Made by a program: the position numbers and the translations under genes
Part shown: one piece after another, positions 48,732 to 59,220 of the stretch
Position numbering within the stretch: position 1 is the stretch's first letter
Layout of the letters: each line of letters begins with the position of its first letter
The notes under the pieces: model-generated
Database searches by the model: none
Told to the model about the DNA's origin: nothing
What the model saw: the letters and a program-made list of their open reading frames with translations, nothing else
Assembly (NCBI GenBank): GCA_964658305.1
Contig: OZ210885.1
Location: 15,624,001-15,688,000, forward strand
Source: Leptogorgia sarmentosa
Taxonomy: Eukaryota
Length of the DNA stretch: 64,000 nucleotides
Direction of reading: 5' to 3'

Positions 48732-49409
48732 CTAATTTTACCTTTAATAAATATATATATATATATATATTATATGTATATAGGCTCCTGCTAATTGCAT
48801 GTGTTTCGGAACAAAATGTTTACAATTGCCTTTTTGCCCATTAAATTGTTAAATGAAACATGAAAGTCCAAAAAATGGCATGAAACAGAAATACATAAGA
48901 CTGTAAAATGACACTGTACAAAGTAAGGGACAGATAAAAAAGTGTGAACATTCCTTATTCTATCTCTTCTTGACCAAGTACTGTCAGGATACGAATCGCT
49001 GTCTGTCACTTATCCAAGCTGTTAATTAATTACGCTTTACGCACACTCTTGTTGTGAGCTTTCACTCTATATCAGTCGGATAAAAACTCGAATCATTAAA
49101 AGAATGGAAACACTGAAAATCAGAGCCGGTGACAGTGGATTAAAGATCGCCTTTATCGCTTCCTTTAATTAACACTTCATCTGGCACATACCTTGTGACG
49201 ATGAGCTCCGTTTTCTGTGTTTTGCGCAATAAACATGTCAGACGCGTATTGGAATAAATTTGGCAATGTGCGAGTTATGTACGCACATGCCGGTTTTATT
49301 CATTTTTCGATAAATGAATTATTAACATTACAAATAGTTAAACTAAGTAATTAATTAACAATTAACACAGACCGAGGACAACAAGTTATTTCGCCAATAT
49401 GTAAAAAAA

Positions 49410-49990
49410 AACGAAGAAAGCTGTTGTACACATGGCGGTGAACAAAAATCGGCGATAATCACTCCCACAGATAGTGGGGGTTTCATGCAAAATGGAGCGA
49501 AGGATAGGAAGTGTTATGGGCATGCAGGTGTCCAAATGAGTCCCAAGCTTGCCATAACCTTTCAACATTTCCTTCAGCCAGAAAACCTTGGTGGGGTCAG
49601 GCACCCCGATAAGACGATGACTATAGCCCAGTGCAGAGACATAAGTATTGGCGGTGGACGCCGCATAATTGCGTTGAAACAAGTAGGCGATAAACAACCC
49701 TAGATCTGAAGATGAAATGGGCAAATGAACCGCTGCAGAGTGAGAAACAGTATCGGAAACTGGCGATAGAGTTTCCAGGCCCTGCGGTATGTAGGGATTG
49801 ATGATAGCTGCAGACTGGACTGAATCAATTTAGACATGATAGTGGCCAATTCTGTGGTAGCAGTTGAGTTGGGATGGCTGTCGGTGAGGCTTGTACACCC
49901 ACCGGAGCTAGCTGCCTGAACTAGGAAACCTGTAACCAGGATAGAGAATCGGCTAAGACATTTTTAGCACCAGGAACATGCTGAGCATAT
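49410..49990 (-). mobile_element. DIRS/Ngaro-type retrotransposon fragment (RNase H end + tyrosine recombinase N-terminus)
   Basis: HVPGAKNVLADSLS followed by LFIAYL.....AASTANTYVSALGYSHRL.G.PDPT......LKG......D..MPIT..IL...AM...AFF. Confidence 0.8.
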
Positions 49991-50570
49991 GTAGTCATAT
50001 GTAGTCACCAATCAAAATTAGAACTGAAGCGAGATCGCCAAAACATGCTGCTAGCTACCAGGTGGCTCAAAAAAAGTATAACTGTTTGATTACTTATAAC
50101 TTAAAAACCATACACGGTAGTACTCTCAATGGAGTTTCATTGCATCCAGCGATGGCTAACTTAAATTTTGGTATATTCGACAGGCATTTTCGTCCAAGAT
50201 TGACTGAGATATGAGAGTTTAAACTTTTGTTAACAATTTTGAAACCTTCACAAATTAGCTAAAAACGGCCTATTAAACTGATTTTATAACCGGGTCACTA
50301 TTTTATCATAAGCAGTGTTTTAACGTAGTTGAAGTGCAAATTGCATCTTCCTTGGAACAGAGATGCTTTCTTGTTTTTGTTTGCTGTTTGGCAACACAAA
50401 AATTAAGCTACAAGGGAAGGTTGATTAAAAGTTTTCTTCTAAATTTTAATTTGACGTCCAAAGGGAAGCTGAATTCTAAAATGCGAATGTCGCCTCGTAT
50501 GCTTCTAACTAATAATTATGCTTCGTTTATTTGCTTTATTTGCTTAGTTTTGATAAGTATTTGGAAAACA

Positions 50571-50852
50571 GGTTAGGGTCAGATTTACGTGCCGGGTTGG
50601 GGTTATTAATAAATAACCCCGACCCGGCCCGTAGTCTGACCCTAACCTATTTCTTGATAGGTTAGGGTCAGATTACGGGTCAGATTACTGGCCGGGTTGG
50701 GGTTATTAATAAATAACCCCGACCCGGCCCGTAGTCTGACCCTAACCTATTTCTTGATAGGTTAGGGTCAGATTACGGGCCGGGTTGGGGTTATTAATAA
50801 ATAATCCACACCCAAACCTTACTCTAACCCTAACCTATTTCTTTCTCACAGT
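50571..50852 (+). repeat. Left terminal array: 3 x ~88-bp palindromic unit containing GGTTAGGG/CCCTAACC
   Basis: Unit = 39-bp arm + AATA + 39-bp inverted arm + TTCTTG; starts at 50571, 50660 and 50760. Confidence 0.95.
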
Positions 50853-51148
50853 CTTGATAAAACCAAACATTATTTGTTCTGTCAGTTGTTGTAATTAGGC
50901 TTTCTTGTCATTTGTGGAGTCATGCAATACAAGCAAAAGGATGATGCAAAGTGAATGTATTTAATGTCACAGATTTTTGTAGTGTTCCTTTCCACGACTA
51001 TTATATTATAAGGACTGTTGGGAAAAGAATAACACATAGGCAGGTGTACATTGATTTTTGTATTTCTCTTTACAACATTTTCCCCATGTAATTCACACTA
51101 ATAATACCAACAATTATTTAAGGTTTACATGCAATCATTACACTAATT

Positions 51149-52972
51149 TCAAGGCTTCCGCCCTCTTCTTAAAGTATTTGCCAGTCGACATGCATGAAAG
51201 TTATATTCTGGATGGCGTAATATCGTTGTCCAACAAAAACCGAACTGTGCAATGCCCAAGCGTATGGCGTTATCTTCCTCACCTGTGAAGCGAGGGCCTC
51301 GAGTATATTTGGCTTTTTTCGGGCTGGAAACGATGGGCGTGTCTTCGCCAACATGTGTGGGGCCAGACGAGGGCTGTTGTTCATGCTCATCTTCTCTCTG
51401 TGAACTATTACTTCTCTCAATTAATTTTTTCATGCACTCACGTCCTCTCATGGCCACTTCACGGGATCTTTTCTTCTGATAATGTACACGGGCAACGTTG
51501 GAGCTATGCTTTTGGTCTTCAGATATCCACTGCTGTTCGTTTGGCAGGAGAACGTGCGCACTTTCTGTTTCGATAATCTGTCTGTACCTAGTTGGATGAA
51601 TGTATTTTCCTATTGCTTCAAGCACCAATACACTCAAAAGATTAGAAAGTTTTTGGAACTGTTTACCGTTTCGATTCACCAACACATAGTCGCAAGTGGG
51701 TGTAAGAAGGGGCCTTACATACGCTATATACTTTTCCAGTAACTGGATGCTGCATTCGTCAAAGTAAACACTGTCAAACCCATACGTTTTAGCCGTCTTG
51801 AATACTTTCTGATCCACAATTTCTTCGTTTCTTTTCGCACATTCAAACATTCGCAAGGTCAGATGTTGGTAGGTCATTGGGCGGCAACCTTTCACTTTGA
51901 GGAACATGTAAGCTGCAACGAATCTGGTGGCAAATGTCACGTCCCCTGTTTTGACTGTAGAAGGTGATATCATACAATTTTCTAATACAGATTTATAACG
52001 GTCCTCATGAAATGGAATGACGGATTGTATTTCGGAAATAGTTGCCCAACTTCTACGGGATTCGAGGGTTTCTATACCCAGTTCGGCGGTCCAATTTGAT
52101 CTCATGTCTTTGGCTAAATACTTTCGCGCTCTCTTTACATACACTTCGGTAACTGCGAAGTTTTGAAGCACCGTTGCAGGGGGACGATTGAATTTGCGAA
52201 AATCTAGTAAATCAGAAATACTTGCTACATACCCAATTTGTCCTGAGTGTCCAATACACCACTTCTCTTTGAGAGCATCCACAAACTTTGTTACTAGTTG
52301 TGGAGACCCCAAGGCGTAATCGATGAGATTAGGTGCATCGAGCACGTCTTCTTCGCCCTCGCCATTCTCGTCACAACAAAACTTTATGAACTTTAATGCT
52401 CGGTTAACCGAAACGTCCAATTGTGTGGCAGATTTGCCGCCGCCACAGCTGCTTTGAAGCCATTTTGAAAACGATCTAGCAAAGTCACTATCTGTGGAAC
52501 AGCCCGGGACTGCTTTACCACATCTTCGCTGCGTTTCGGTGATTGCAAGCGGCGAAAGGCACACTTCGGGCTTTTTGTCAAAATAGTAATACCATGCATG
52601 TATACTTTTAACATGTTTACGACAGCCTCTTTGACTGCCAAATCCTGAATGTTCACAAGCTATTACTGGACAATGATGTAAGCCATCGCTGCCTTTCACC
52701 AAATGCAATCGCCTCGGTTTTGTAAACACCCCGTCTACAGACTTCCAATCTATTTGAGCTTTTCTACGTGCAAACGTATAAACGATAAAATGTTTGCGAG
52801 CAAAAGTACCTTGGCTTTTATAACAACAACTTATGCAAACTGCATAAATTGACTTTCTTATTAACAGCCTAAGGCACTGCATTGTGAGAGATGTATTGTT
52901 CATGACATTGCTTCCTTCACAAGGGAACAATAAAAGGGAACAACCAAAGGGAACAATAAAAGGGAACAACAA
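51149..52972 (-). CDS. C2H2 zinc finger - tyrosine recombinase - C-terminal Myb/SANT (telobox-like) protein
   Basis: CPVIAC...GCRKHVKSIH; recombinase-like catalytic series GCRP, FKTAKTYG, HPTRYR, QKHSSNVARVHY; FTGEEDNAIRLGIAQFGFCWTTIL....F...R....L. True start uncertain (probably near 52770-52900). Confidence 0.8.
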   Translation of the reverse strand: MLFPFIVPFGCSLLLFPCEGSNVMNNTSLTMQCLRLLIRKSIYAVCISCCYKSQGTFARKHFIVYTFARRKAQIDWKSVDGVFTKPRRLHLVKGSDGLHHCPVIACEHSGFGSQRGCRKHVKSIHAWYYYFDKKPEVCLSPLAITETQRRCGKAVPGCSTDSDFARSFSKWLQSSCGGGKSATQLDVSVNRALKFIKFCCDENGEGEEDVLDAPNLIDYALGSPQLVTKFVDALKEKWCIGHSGQIGYVASISDLLDFRKFNRPPATVLQNFAVTEVYVKRARKYLAKDMRSNWTAELGIETLESRRSWATISEIQSVIPFHEDRYKSVLENCMISPSTVKTGDVTFATRFVAAYMFLKVKGCRPMTYQHLTLRMFECAKRNEEIVDQKVFKTAKTYGFDSVYFDECSIQLLEKYIAYVRPLLTPTCDYVLVNRNGKQFQKLSNLLSVLVLEAIGKYIHPTRYRQIIETESAHVLLPNEQQWISEDQKHSSNVARVHYQKKRSREVAMRGRECMKKLIERSNSSQREDEHEQQPSSGPTHVGEDTPIVSSPKKAKYTRGPRFTGEEDNAIRLGIAQFGFCWTTILRHPEYNFHACRLANTLRRGRKP

Positions 52973-52982
52973 AAGGGAACAA
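52921..52982 (+). repeat. 5 x AAGGGAACAA at a 13-bp period (iteron-like)
   Basis: Copies at 52921, 52934, 52947, 52960 and 52973; more GGAAC/GTTCC motifs to ~53205. Confidence 0.9.
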
Positions 52983-53830
52983 ATCGTTCCACTTTAACAC
53001 ATATTATATCTGCAAGAGCGGAACATTTTGTTCGTAAATAAAGGAACTCCAATTATTATTGTTCCTTAATCAACATTTGTTAAAGCGTTCCGAATTTCGG
53101 AACATAGGCGGTGCGGAACAACTTAAATTGAAACGGAACAATGTGTTCCGTTTAAATTGCTGTTCCTTTTCAAAAGGGGAACTCCCCCTTCATTTACATG
53201 TGTTCCTAATATGATGTTTTAATATATTCATAGAAGATAGTGAAAGATTTTCACTTCTCCTACTACGTATTTGCAAATTTAAATTATTTTTCCCCTTCAT
53301 TAAGCATGCCTATAATGTTGTGGTTTAGCCCAATAACGGTTATAACCGCAGCAGACCGTCAATCATGCGAAATTGACCTTTAAATGGCATTGTTAAAGGA
53401 ACAATATTTAGGGATACGTATTATAACCCAAGTACTAAATGTTGTTGCTTTTCTGTTCAGATGCAAATTTCGTACATGAAAACGCTTAAAAAGCGAACGC
53501 GATTTACACTTTGCCCATAAACATTGCACCGTTCGCCGAGTAACACTCGAAAAAAAGTGAAGAAAAGTTATTAGGGAAGAAAAGGAAAGCAAGGAAAGGA
53601 CAGTGAAGAAAAGGGAAGGAAAGTGAAGAAAAGTGAACAGAAATGCCTCCGCCAAAACCACGGAAAGAGTTAGACTCCAAGTGAGTACAAAACTCGCTTA
53701 GAGCCAACATTTTGAGCTTGGTAAGTACATGCAAGTATTCCCTTGTCTTCCTGCAAATGAATGCACGTACTGTAGCTCCAAATAAACTTCCCGATTTTAC
53801 GTTCATTAGATTAGACCCAAACAGCGAGCA

Positions 53831-55685
53831 GTGGCGTGTCACGCTATTTGGCGAGTTAGCCCTGCAGATATAGAGCTGGCCAGGCTACAGATCGCCTCTA
53901 AGAGGCTCCTCCTCAACGATGCCATCGCTTCCATTGAAGGTGTGATGTTTTACTTTTTATGCATATTGAGCATATGTTCCAATCCGAACACCACCAAAGG
54001 TCAACAGAGCAACGCCAATGTTGGAGAAACCAGCTATCCTTGTGTGTCGTTTTTTATCGTCTACCAGCCAAATGAGAAATGCGACGACGACACATTCTTT
54101 GCGGCCTTACATAACGAGGACGTTGAGCCGGAAATTAGACCCATCCGTGTGAGAAACCGTGGGAATCACGATATGGAAAGTGCGGCGCGCCAACTCTTCC
54201 AAACCGTCAAGGACCATGACAACGGTTCAATGCAGCAGATGGTGGACGCCTCCAACCAGTACTGCTATGACAACGCGCCGCATTCGTCAGGTGAAAGCGA
54301 CGACGAAGATGAAGGGGAGGCCGAGCAATTCCATCCAACCCACTTTCCCACGCATCCTTGTTCTTTCGTGCTTGTCAGCCATTGTGGAGACGTGGAACAA
54401 TTCAAGGAGGCCGTAAGAAAATTGGAATCCGACGAGCTAGTGTTGGACGCCCAAGTACGCGATGAATGTGATAAAGGCCCATCGAATACAGCATGCTACG
54501 ACACCATTGCCACCATACGTAAAATTGAACGCGTCATGGCATTGTGTAGTCACGCGTTGTACCGAGGTGAGATCTACAGAAGACCCAATGGAGGCCGAAT
54601 GACTTACGTACGCTTGATGGATGTGTCCAGCTACCTGAACAAGCTGCTTGCGAACAATGCGCTGAACGAGAGCCTTGCGAAAAACTTCATCAACATCCAA
54701 AGATTCCTTGCCCATCCAGCCTGCGAGATTGTGGAACAAATCCGCTTCGACGTTAATCTCATAGAAGTGTCGAACGGCTTCTGCTTCTCCATCTCCGACA
54801 GAGCATTCCTCCCCGATCCCATTCACGAATCGATGATTGGCAAGTTATCCCCGAGAGCGTACGTCCCGTACGAATGTTCAGCGGCCCCTCAACCTCACCA
54901 CTTTCGCGAAGGCATCCACAATTCGTTCCCCGAATGGCTTGTTCGGGTCCAATTTCTGAATAAGTTCTATCAGTGTTTGCTGGCTTACAAGATGCCGCAG
55001 AAGACGAGAAAATTGGTTGTGACCGGCCCACGTGACTCTGGCAAGACATCTTGGGCGAGTATCTTTCGGCGCATCATCCCCGAAGAATACATCGCGTCCA
55101 TAACCAACGAACGGCAATTCTCCGCAGCCATGATAACGAACAACAAGCAACTCGTCTTCATCGACGAATGGTCAGAGAACACCATGAGCGCGGAACTCGC
55201 GAAAAAGGTTCTGCAAGGTGGCTGGATGGTCACCGCCGTCAAGCATTCCCAGCCCAGATGTGTGAACTCACACAGCCCGTTCTATATCACAACAAACCAA
55301 GTGCCTGACTTCGGTCCAGAAGCTGAGAATGTGGAACGTCGCATTCACATTTTCCCAACACAATCCCTGCCAACTCCAACACTTGATCGACCAGTGGCTG
55401 TTCGAGAATGCTATGCATTGCATCGCGTGGATGGCAGACCAAATTAACACACATCGAGATTTGATCCCAGCAGCCGAGCTGTGGTATGAAGACGACGAGA
55501 ATGTGAGGCATATGGTTCCATCACACAACATCGCCGCGCAGTGGACGAGAACGGACATTGTCAAGATAACCGAGGCAGATATGGAACCGGAACGACAGCA
55601 TGTGAATAGGGGAGGACCCGACGTAGCCATACATCCTGAGTTTCTAGCGGAAGGCAGATCAAGACGTCTCGCCGTTAAGCGATAG
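53831..55685 (+). pseudogene. D5-like superfamily 3 helicase (frameshift near 55385)
   Basis: Walker A GPRDSGKTS, Walker B LVFIDEW, motif C YITTN, arginine-finger-like ERRI, D5_N-like NLIEVSNG; C-terminus continues in another frame (IDQWLFENAMHCIAWMA). Start uncertain. Confidence 0.85.
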
Positions 55686-55773
55686 TTCCTCGCCCGAAAA
55701 TAGCAGCGAAAACGTGGCGGGAGAAATGGAAACGTACCCATCACACGCAAGTGAGCCGCCCCGATCGCACACA

Positions 55774-55935
55774 ACGGAAGAACACGGTTCGCAAACGCAG
55801 ACGAAGAACACGGTTTGCAAACGGCAGACGAAGAACACGGTTCGCAAACGCCAGACGAAGAAGACGCTTCCCAAACGCCAGACGAAGAAGATGCTTCCCA
55901 AACGCCAGACGAAGAAGACGCGTTTGAAACCCAGA
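55774..55935 (+). repeat. 27-bp tandem repeat x ~6 (can encode DEEHGSQTP/DEEDASQTP)
   Basis: GACGAAGAACACGGTTCGCAAACGCCA-type units. Confidence 0.9.
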
Positions 55936-56245
55936 AGCAGTCGCATTACCCTTGAATGAAGAGCCATCGACCTCAACAGGTATCACCCACCCTCTGTGAA
56001 CGATTTGGAGCAGAATAAAAAATTGGTGGCGTTGATTTACATATACATACATATATCGAGTGAAATATAATTAACAGCGTGAACACATGGAACGGACGCA
56101 ATGAAAGATGAAAACGATCCAATAAGAATGTTAAAAAAATATGATAAAAATATATGCGTCCTTTATTTCTATGAGGTTTCATTATGTCATTATTTCATTG
56201 AGTTGTGCTATTACAGTCAATTAATTACTCTTCGCTTTTCTTACA

Positions 56246-56467
56246 ACTGTCACAAAGAAATTGGTTAGCGTTACAGTACGTTTTGGGTTGGGGTTATTTA
56301 TTAATAACCCCAACCCGGCCCGTAATCTGACCCTAACCTATCAAGAAATAAGTTAGGGTCAGACTACGGTTTGGGTTGGGGTTAGTAATTAATAACCCCA
56401 ACTCGGCCCGTAATCTGACCCTAACCTATCAAGAAATAGGTTAGGGTCAGACTACGGGCCGGGTTGG
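56246..56467 (-). repeat. Right terminal array (reverse complement of the left array), truncated
   Basis: 88-bp period (CCCTAACC at 56331 and 56419); TATCAAGAAATA spacer orientation is inverted relative to the left array. Confidence 0.95.
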
Positions 56468-56476
56468 TATATATTT

Positions 56477-56583
56477 AACAATTAGATTACGAGCTCGCGA
56501 TTTCTATGAGGTGATAGTTGATGAGGGCGAAGCCCGAATCAACTATCACCTCATTGAAATTGAGAGTGAGTAATCTAATTGTT
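56477..56583. repeat. Long subterminal hairpin of Crypton type
   Basis: AACAATTAGATTAC...TGAGGTGATAGTTGAT..GGGCGAAGCCC..ATCAACTATCACCTCA...GTAATCTAATTGTT, ~270 bp downstream of the recombinase stop codon. Confidence 0.85.
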
Positions 56584-57658
56584 TTAGTAGAATCAAGGAT
56601 CAAACATAAAGTATTTCACACAAAATAATTCAATAATTTAATTTCTTAATTCAATAAATAATTAACATATTAACAGCGGAAGAACGTCACGATGCGTGCA
56701 CGCATGCACGTACTTCGAGCCATTTTGAATATTGAGATATTATTTCGTAAAACTCGTAAACAAGTGAATTTACAATCCTTGCAAGGATTTATCAACACTT
56801 TGAAACGAATCTGCATTCTGACTTGGTTATAAATGTGTAAATAAAGGTTTTTCAACGATAATTGTTCACAATCGAAACGGAGCAGTTGTTAAAATTGTAT
56901 GGCTGTGGCTGATTTAAGTAGTTGGGCTGGATAATTTTAATATTTTGGCTTGATACTGTTCTATGGCGGTCAAAGGGTTGCATCTGCGAAGCATCATCGC
57001 CAAGATTCCCCGATGCCTGAGGTCGCAGTGTCTCGTCTTCTTTGTCTTCGTTAATAAAACAGCTTAGTATGTTGGACATATTTTCTTTTTGATGAAAGGA
57101 CGGAAGAACGCTGTAAGACTCGATCGATTGGTCTGACTTATGACCGGTAACACATTTTATGTGTCTTGCCTCGACATTGCTATGTGAAAGAACGGTAACA
57201 GACGTTGCACGAACACAGTGGTTAGTCAAATGCGGCTCGATTCCTGCATTTTGGCTCATGACTTTCATCATGTTAACCAACATTGCTTGACCGATTGGCG
57301 CTTGACAAAACCAAATCTCGTCAATTTCTGGATTGAATTTCGCAGACTGTGGTCGAGGTCGCTGAAAAAGACATTGGCTGTTTTTATCCTTGAGACGGAT
57401 GATTCGTCTGGACGACTTAAGACGAGATTTTTTCTTTCGTCACGTAATTCGTCTCAAGCATAAAGTCGGACATAAGACGCATTATCTGACTAGACGAACT
57501 TAGTCATTAGTTCGTCTTGCTAGACGAATTAACTCCATTAAAATCGTCGTGTCGGGTAATACGTCTGCAAGCATAAAGACCTGCATCGACGGACATATTA
57601 AGAGAAGTTGCTAATTTAAAATTAAAGCGTTACAAATGGGCAGCGGTATCATACCAAA

Positions 57659-58690
57659 ATGGCGGAACGAAACAAAAGTACCACTAAGAAAGCAGTAAAA
57701 CGATCGAGATCTTGGACAGAAATTGAGCTGAAATATTTTGCATTGATATTGGCTGACGAGGAAAACGGATTTGCTTATAAACTGGATACGCTCGCATTGA
57801 AGAAAACAGCAAATAAATCCATCTTTGAGCAAATAGGGAAAATGTTTAGCGATTCAATGTCTTCGGAAGAGTTCAAAACAGAGAATACCGCATCATCAAA
57901 AAAGCCTTTGACTCCATTGGAAATCGACGTGGATAAGCTTAGAGCAAAATTCAAATGGCTTAAAGACCAGTGGCGACGATTGAGTGATCGGGTGAAGAAA
58001 GGAAGTGGAATATCCCCAATAGAAGAGCCAGAATGGTACCAAATTATTAATCCAATTTTTTCTGATACACAGGGATGTTTGCAGCCTGTAACACAGGCGA
58101 ACGAAATTTTGTCTGATGACTCTGGTGACTCAGACGTCGACTGTAGTGAAGATGCCAACGGATCCAACAAAACAGAACACTGTTTTGACAACTCAAGTAA
58201 TATCGGGGATGATGAATCTGAAAATGCCAGTGATCTTGCTGATGGGTCAGAAAGCAGCTTAAAAAGGAAATCAGCATTTTCCAACCTGAAAGTAAAACCT
58301 ATAAAGCAGAAGAAGAGAGTAAAGACACAAAGTCAAGCCATAAACGAGTTGGCAAGAAGCTTTGGCTCTCTTGGGCAGGCACAAGAAAAGAGAACAGAAA
58401 TGTTTTTACAGGCTGAAAGAGAGAGGCATTCAGAATTTCTAGCTTACCAGAAGGAACAAGCTGAGCTTAACAGACAACACGAACTTAGATTAGCAGAGAT
58501 GTTCATGAAATACTCATCGCACAGTCATAATCAATTACGAAATGTTCCAACCCAACAGTATTCAGCTCCCCAAATGTTTAGCTCACCCTCTGGTCAAGCC
58601 CCAACAACCCAGACCCATTCCTATCATCACAGCCATCAAATTTTGGACTTGGACAATCAAAACAACCCATCTTCAATGAGCTGGTATTAG
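57659..58690 (+). CDS. Harbinger Myb/SANT-like (trihelix) DNA-binding protein
   Basis: RSWTEIE...LRAKFKWLKDQWR......KGSG......WY; acidic linker and coiled-coil C-terminus; intact ORF. Confidence 0.88.
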   Translation: MAERNKSTTKKAVKRSRSWTEIELKYFALILADEENGFAYKLDTLALKKTANKSIFEQIGKMFSDSMSSEEFKTENTASSKKPLTPLEIDVDKLRAKFKWLKDQWRRLSDRVKKGSGISPIEEPEWYQIINPIFSDTQGCLQPVTQANEILSDDSGDSDVDCSEDANGSNKTEHCFDNSSNIGDDESENASDLADGSESSLKRKSAFSNLKVKPIKQKKRVKTQSQAINELARSFGSLGQAQEKRTEMFLQAERERHSEFLAYQKEQAELNRQHELRLAEMFMKYSSHSHNQLRNVPTQQYSAPQMFSSPSGQAPTTQTHSYHHSHQILDLDNQNNPSSMSWY

Positions 58691-58752
58691 TGTTGTAATA
58701 TGTCAGATACATAGCTTAAGTCTCATTAGGTGATATGGGATAGCCACAGTAA

Positions 58753-59220
58753 GGGCCATTCCATTTAAAATCCACCTCCCCCCCCCCCTCCCCGTTGATG
58801 ACTTTTCCGATTTTAGACCCCCTCACAAAATGTTTTTTCAGCCTTTATCCTCTGAAAAAATCACTGACTTTTCGGAAACCCTCTTAGAAAATTCCAATAT
58901 TTTTCTAACTCCCCCCCAGAAATACCCATTAATGAAATTTTGTGGTAACAATACCCCTCAGAAAATTTCAAAACTTTTTCCTTTACCCCTTGGAAAATTC
59001 ATCAACAGTACAAACAACAACAGAAATTTCTGGAATTTTTTGAAACTTTTTCTTAACCCCTTCAGAAATTTTGTCGACAGGTACACACACCCTCAGGAAC
59101 TGGAAATCTCATACCCCCTCAGAAATTTCAAATTGCTACCACCCTAAGAAATTTGGAAGTGTCTGACCCCCTCAGAAAATCTCATCAACAGGGGTGTGTG
59201 GATGTTAAATGGAATGCCCC
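58753..59220. mobile_element. MITE between the Harbinger genes
   Basis: TIR GGGCCATTCCATTTAAAATCCAC / GTGGATGTTAAATGGAATGCCCC; internal ACCCCTCAGAAA repeats; TSD unclear. Confidence 0.8.

Larger units (their letters stand above)
43931..48751 (+). mobile_element. Penelope-like retroelement: full ORF between direct pLTRs (45976-46326 / 48401-48751) plus an inverted 5'-truncated copy (43969-45970)
   Basis: RT + GIY-YIG ORF, direct and inverted repeats, (TA)n flanks on both sides. Confidence 0.95.
50571..56467. mobile_element. Unclassified ~5.9-kb element: inverted palindromic terminal arrays, tyrosine recombinase and SF3 helicase
   Basis: The left and right arrays are reverse complements, including their diverged innermost units; two divergent genes lie between them. 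Outer boundaries and TSD are not defined. Confidence 0.75.

Noticed and set aside
50056..50330. Possible Tc1/mariner-like MITE end (CAGGTGGCTCAAAAAAAGT)
   Set aside because: I could not find a matching second TIR or TSD.
50571..50852. CRISPR array
   Set aside because: The units repeat in full with no unique spacers, there are no cas genes, and the context is eukaryotic.
53831..55685. Endogenous parvovirus/densovirus NS1
   Set aside because: Size and hairpin ends are suggestive, but I see no HUH motif or capsid gene, and the partner gene is a tyrosine recombinase.
50571..56467. True or interstitial telomere
   Set aside because: TTAGGG occurs singly within complex palindromic units, not as (TTAGGG)n runs.
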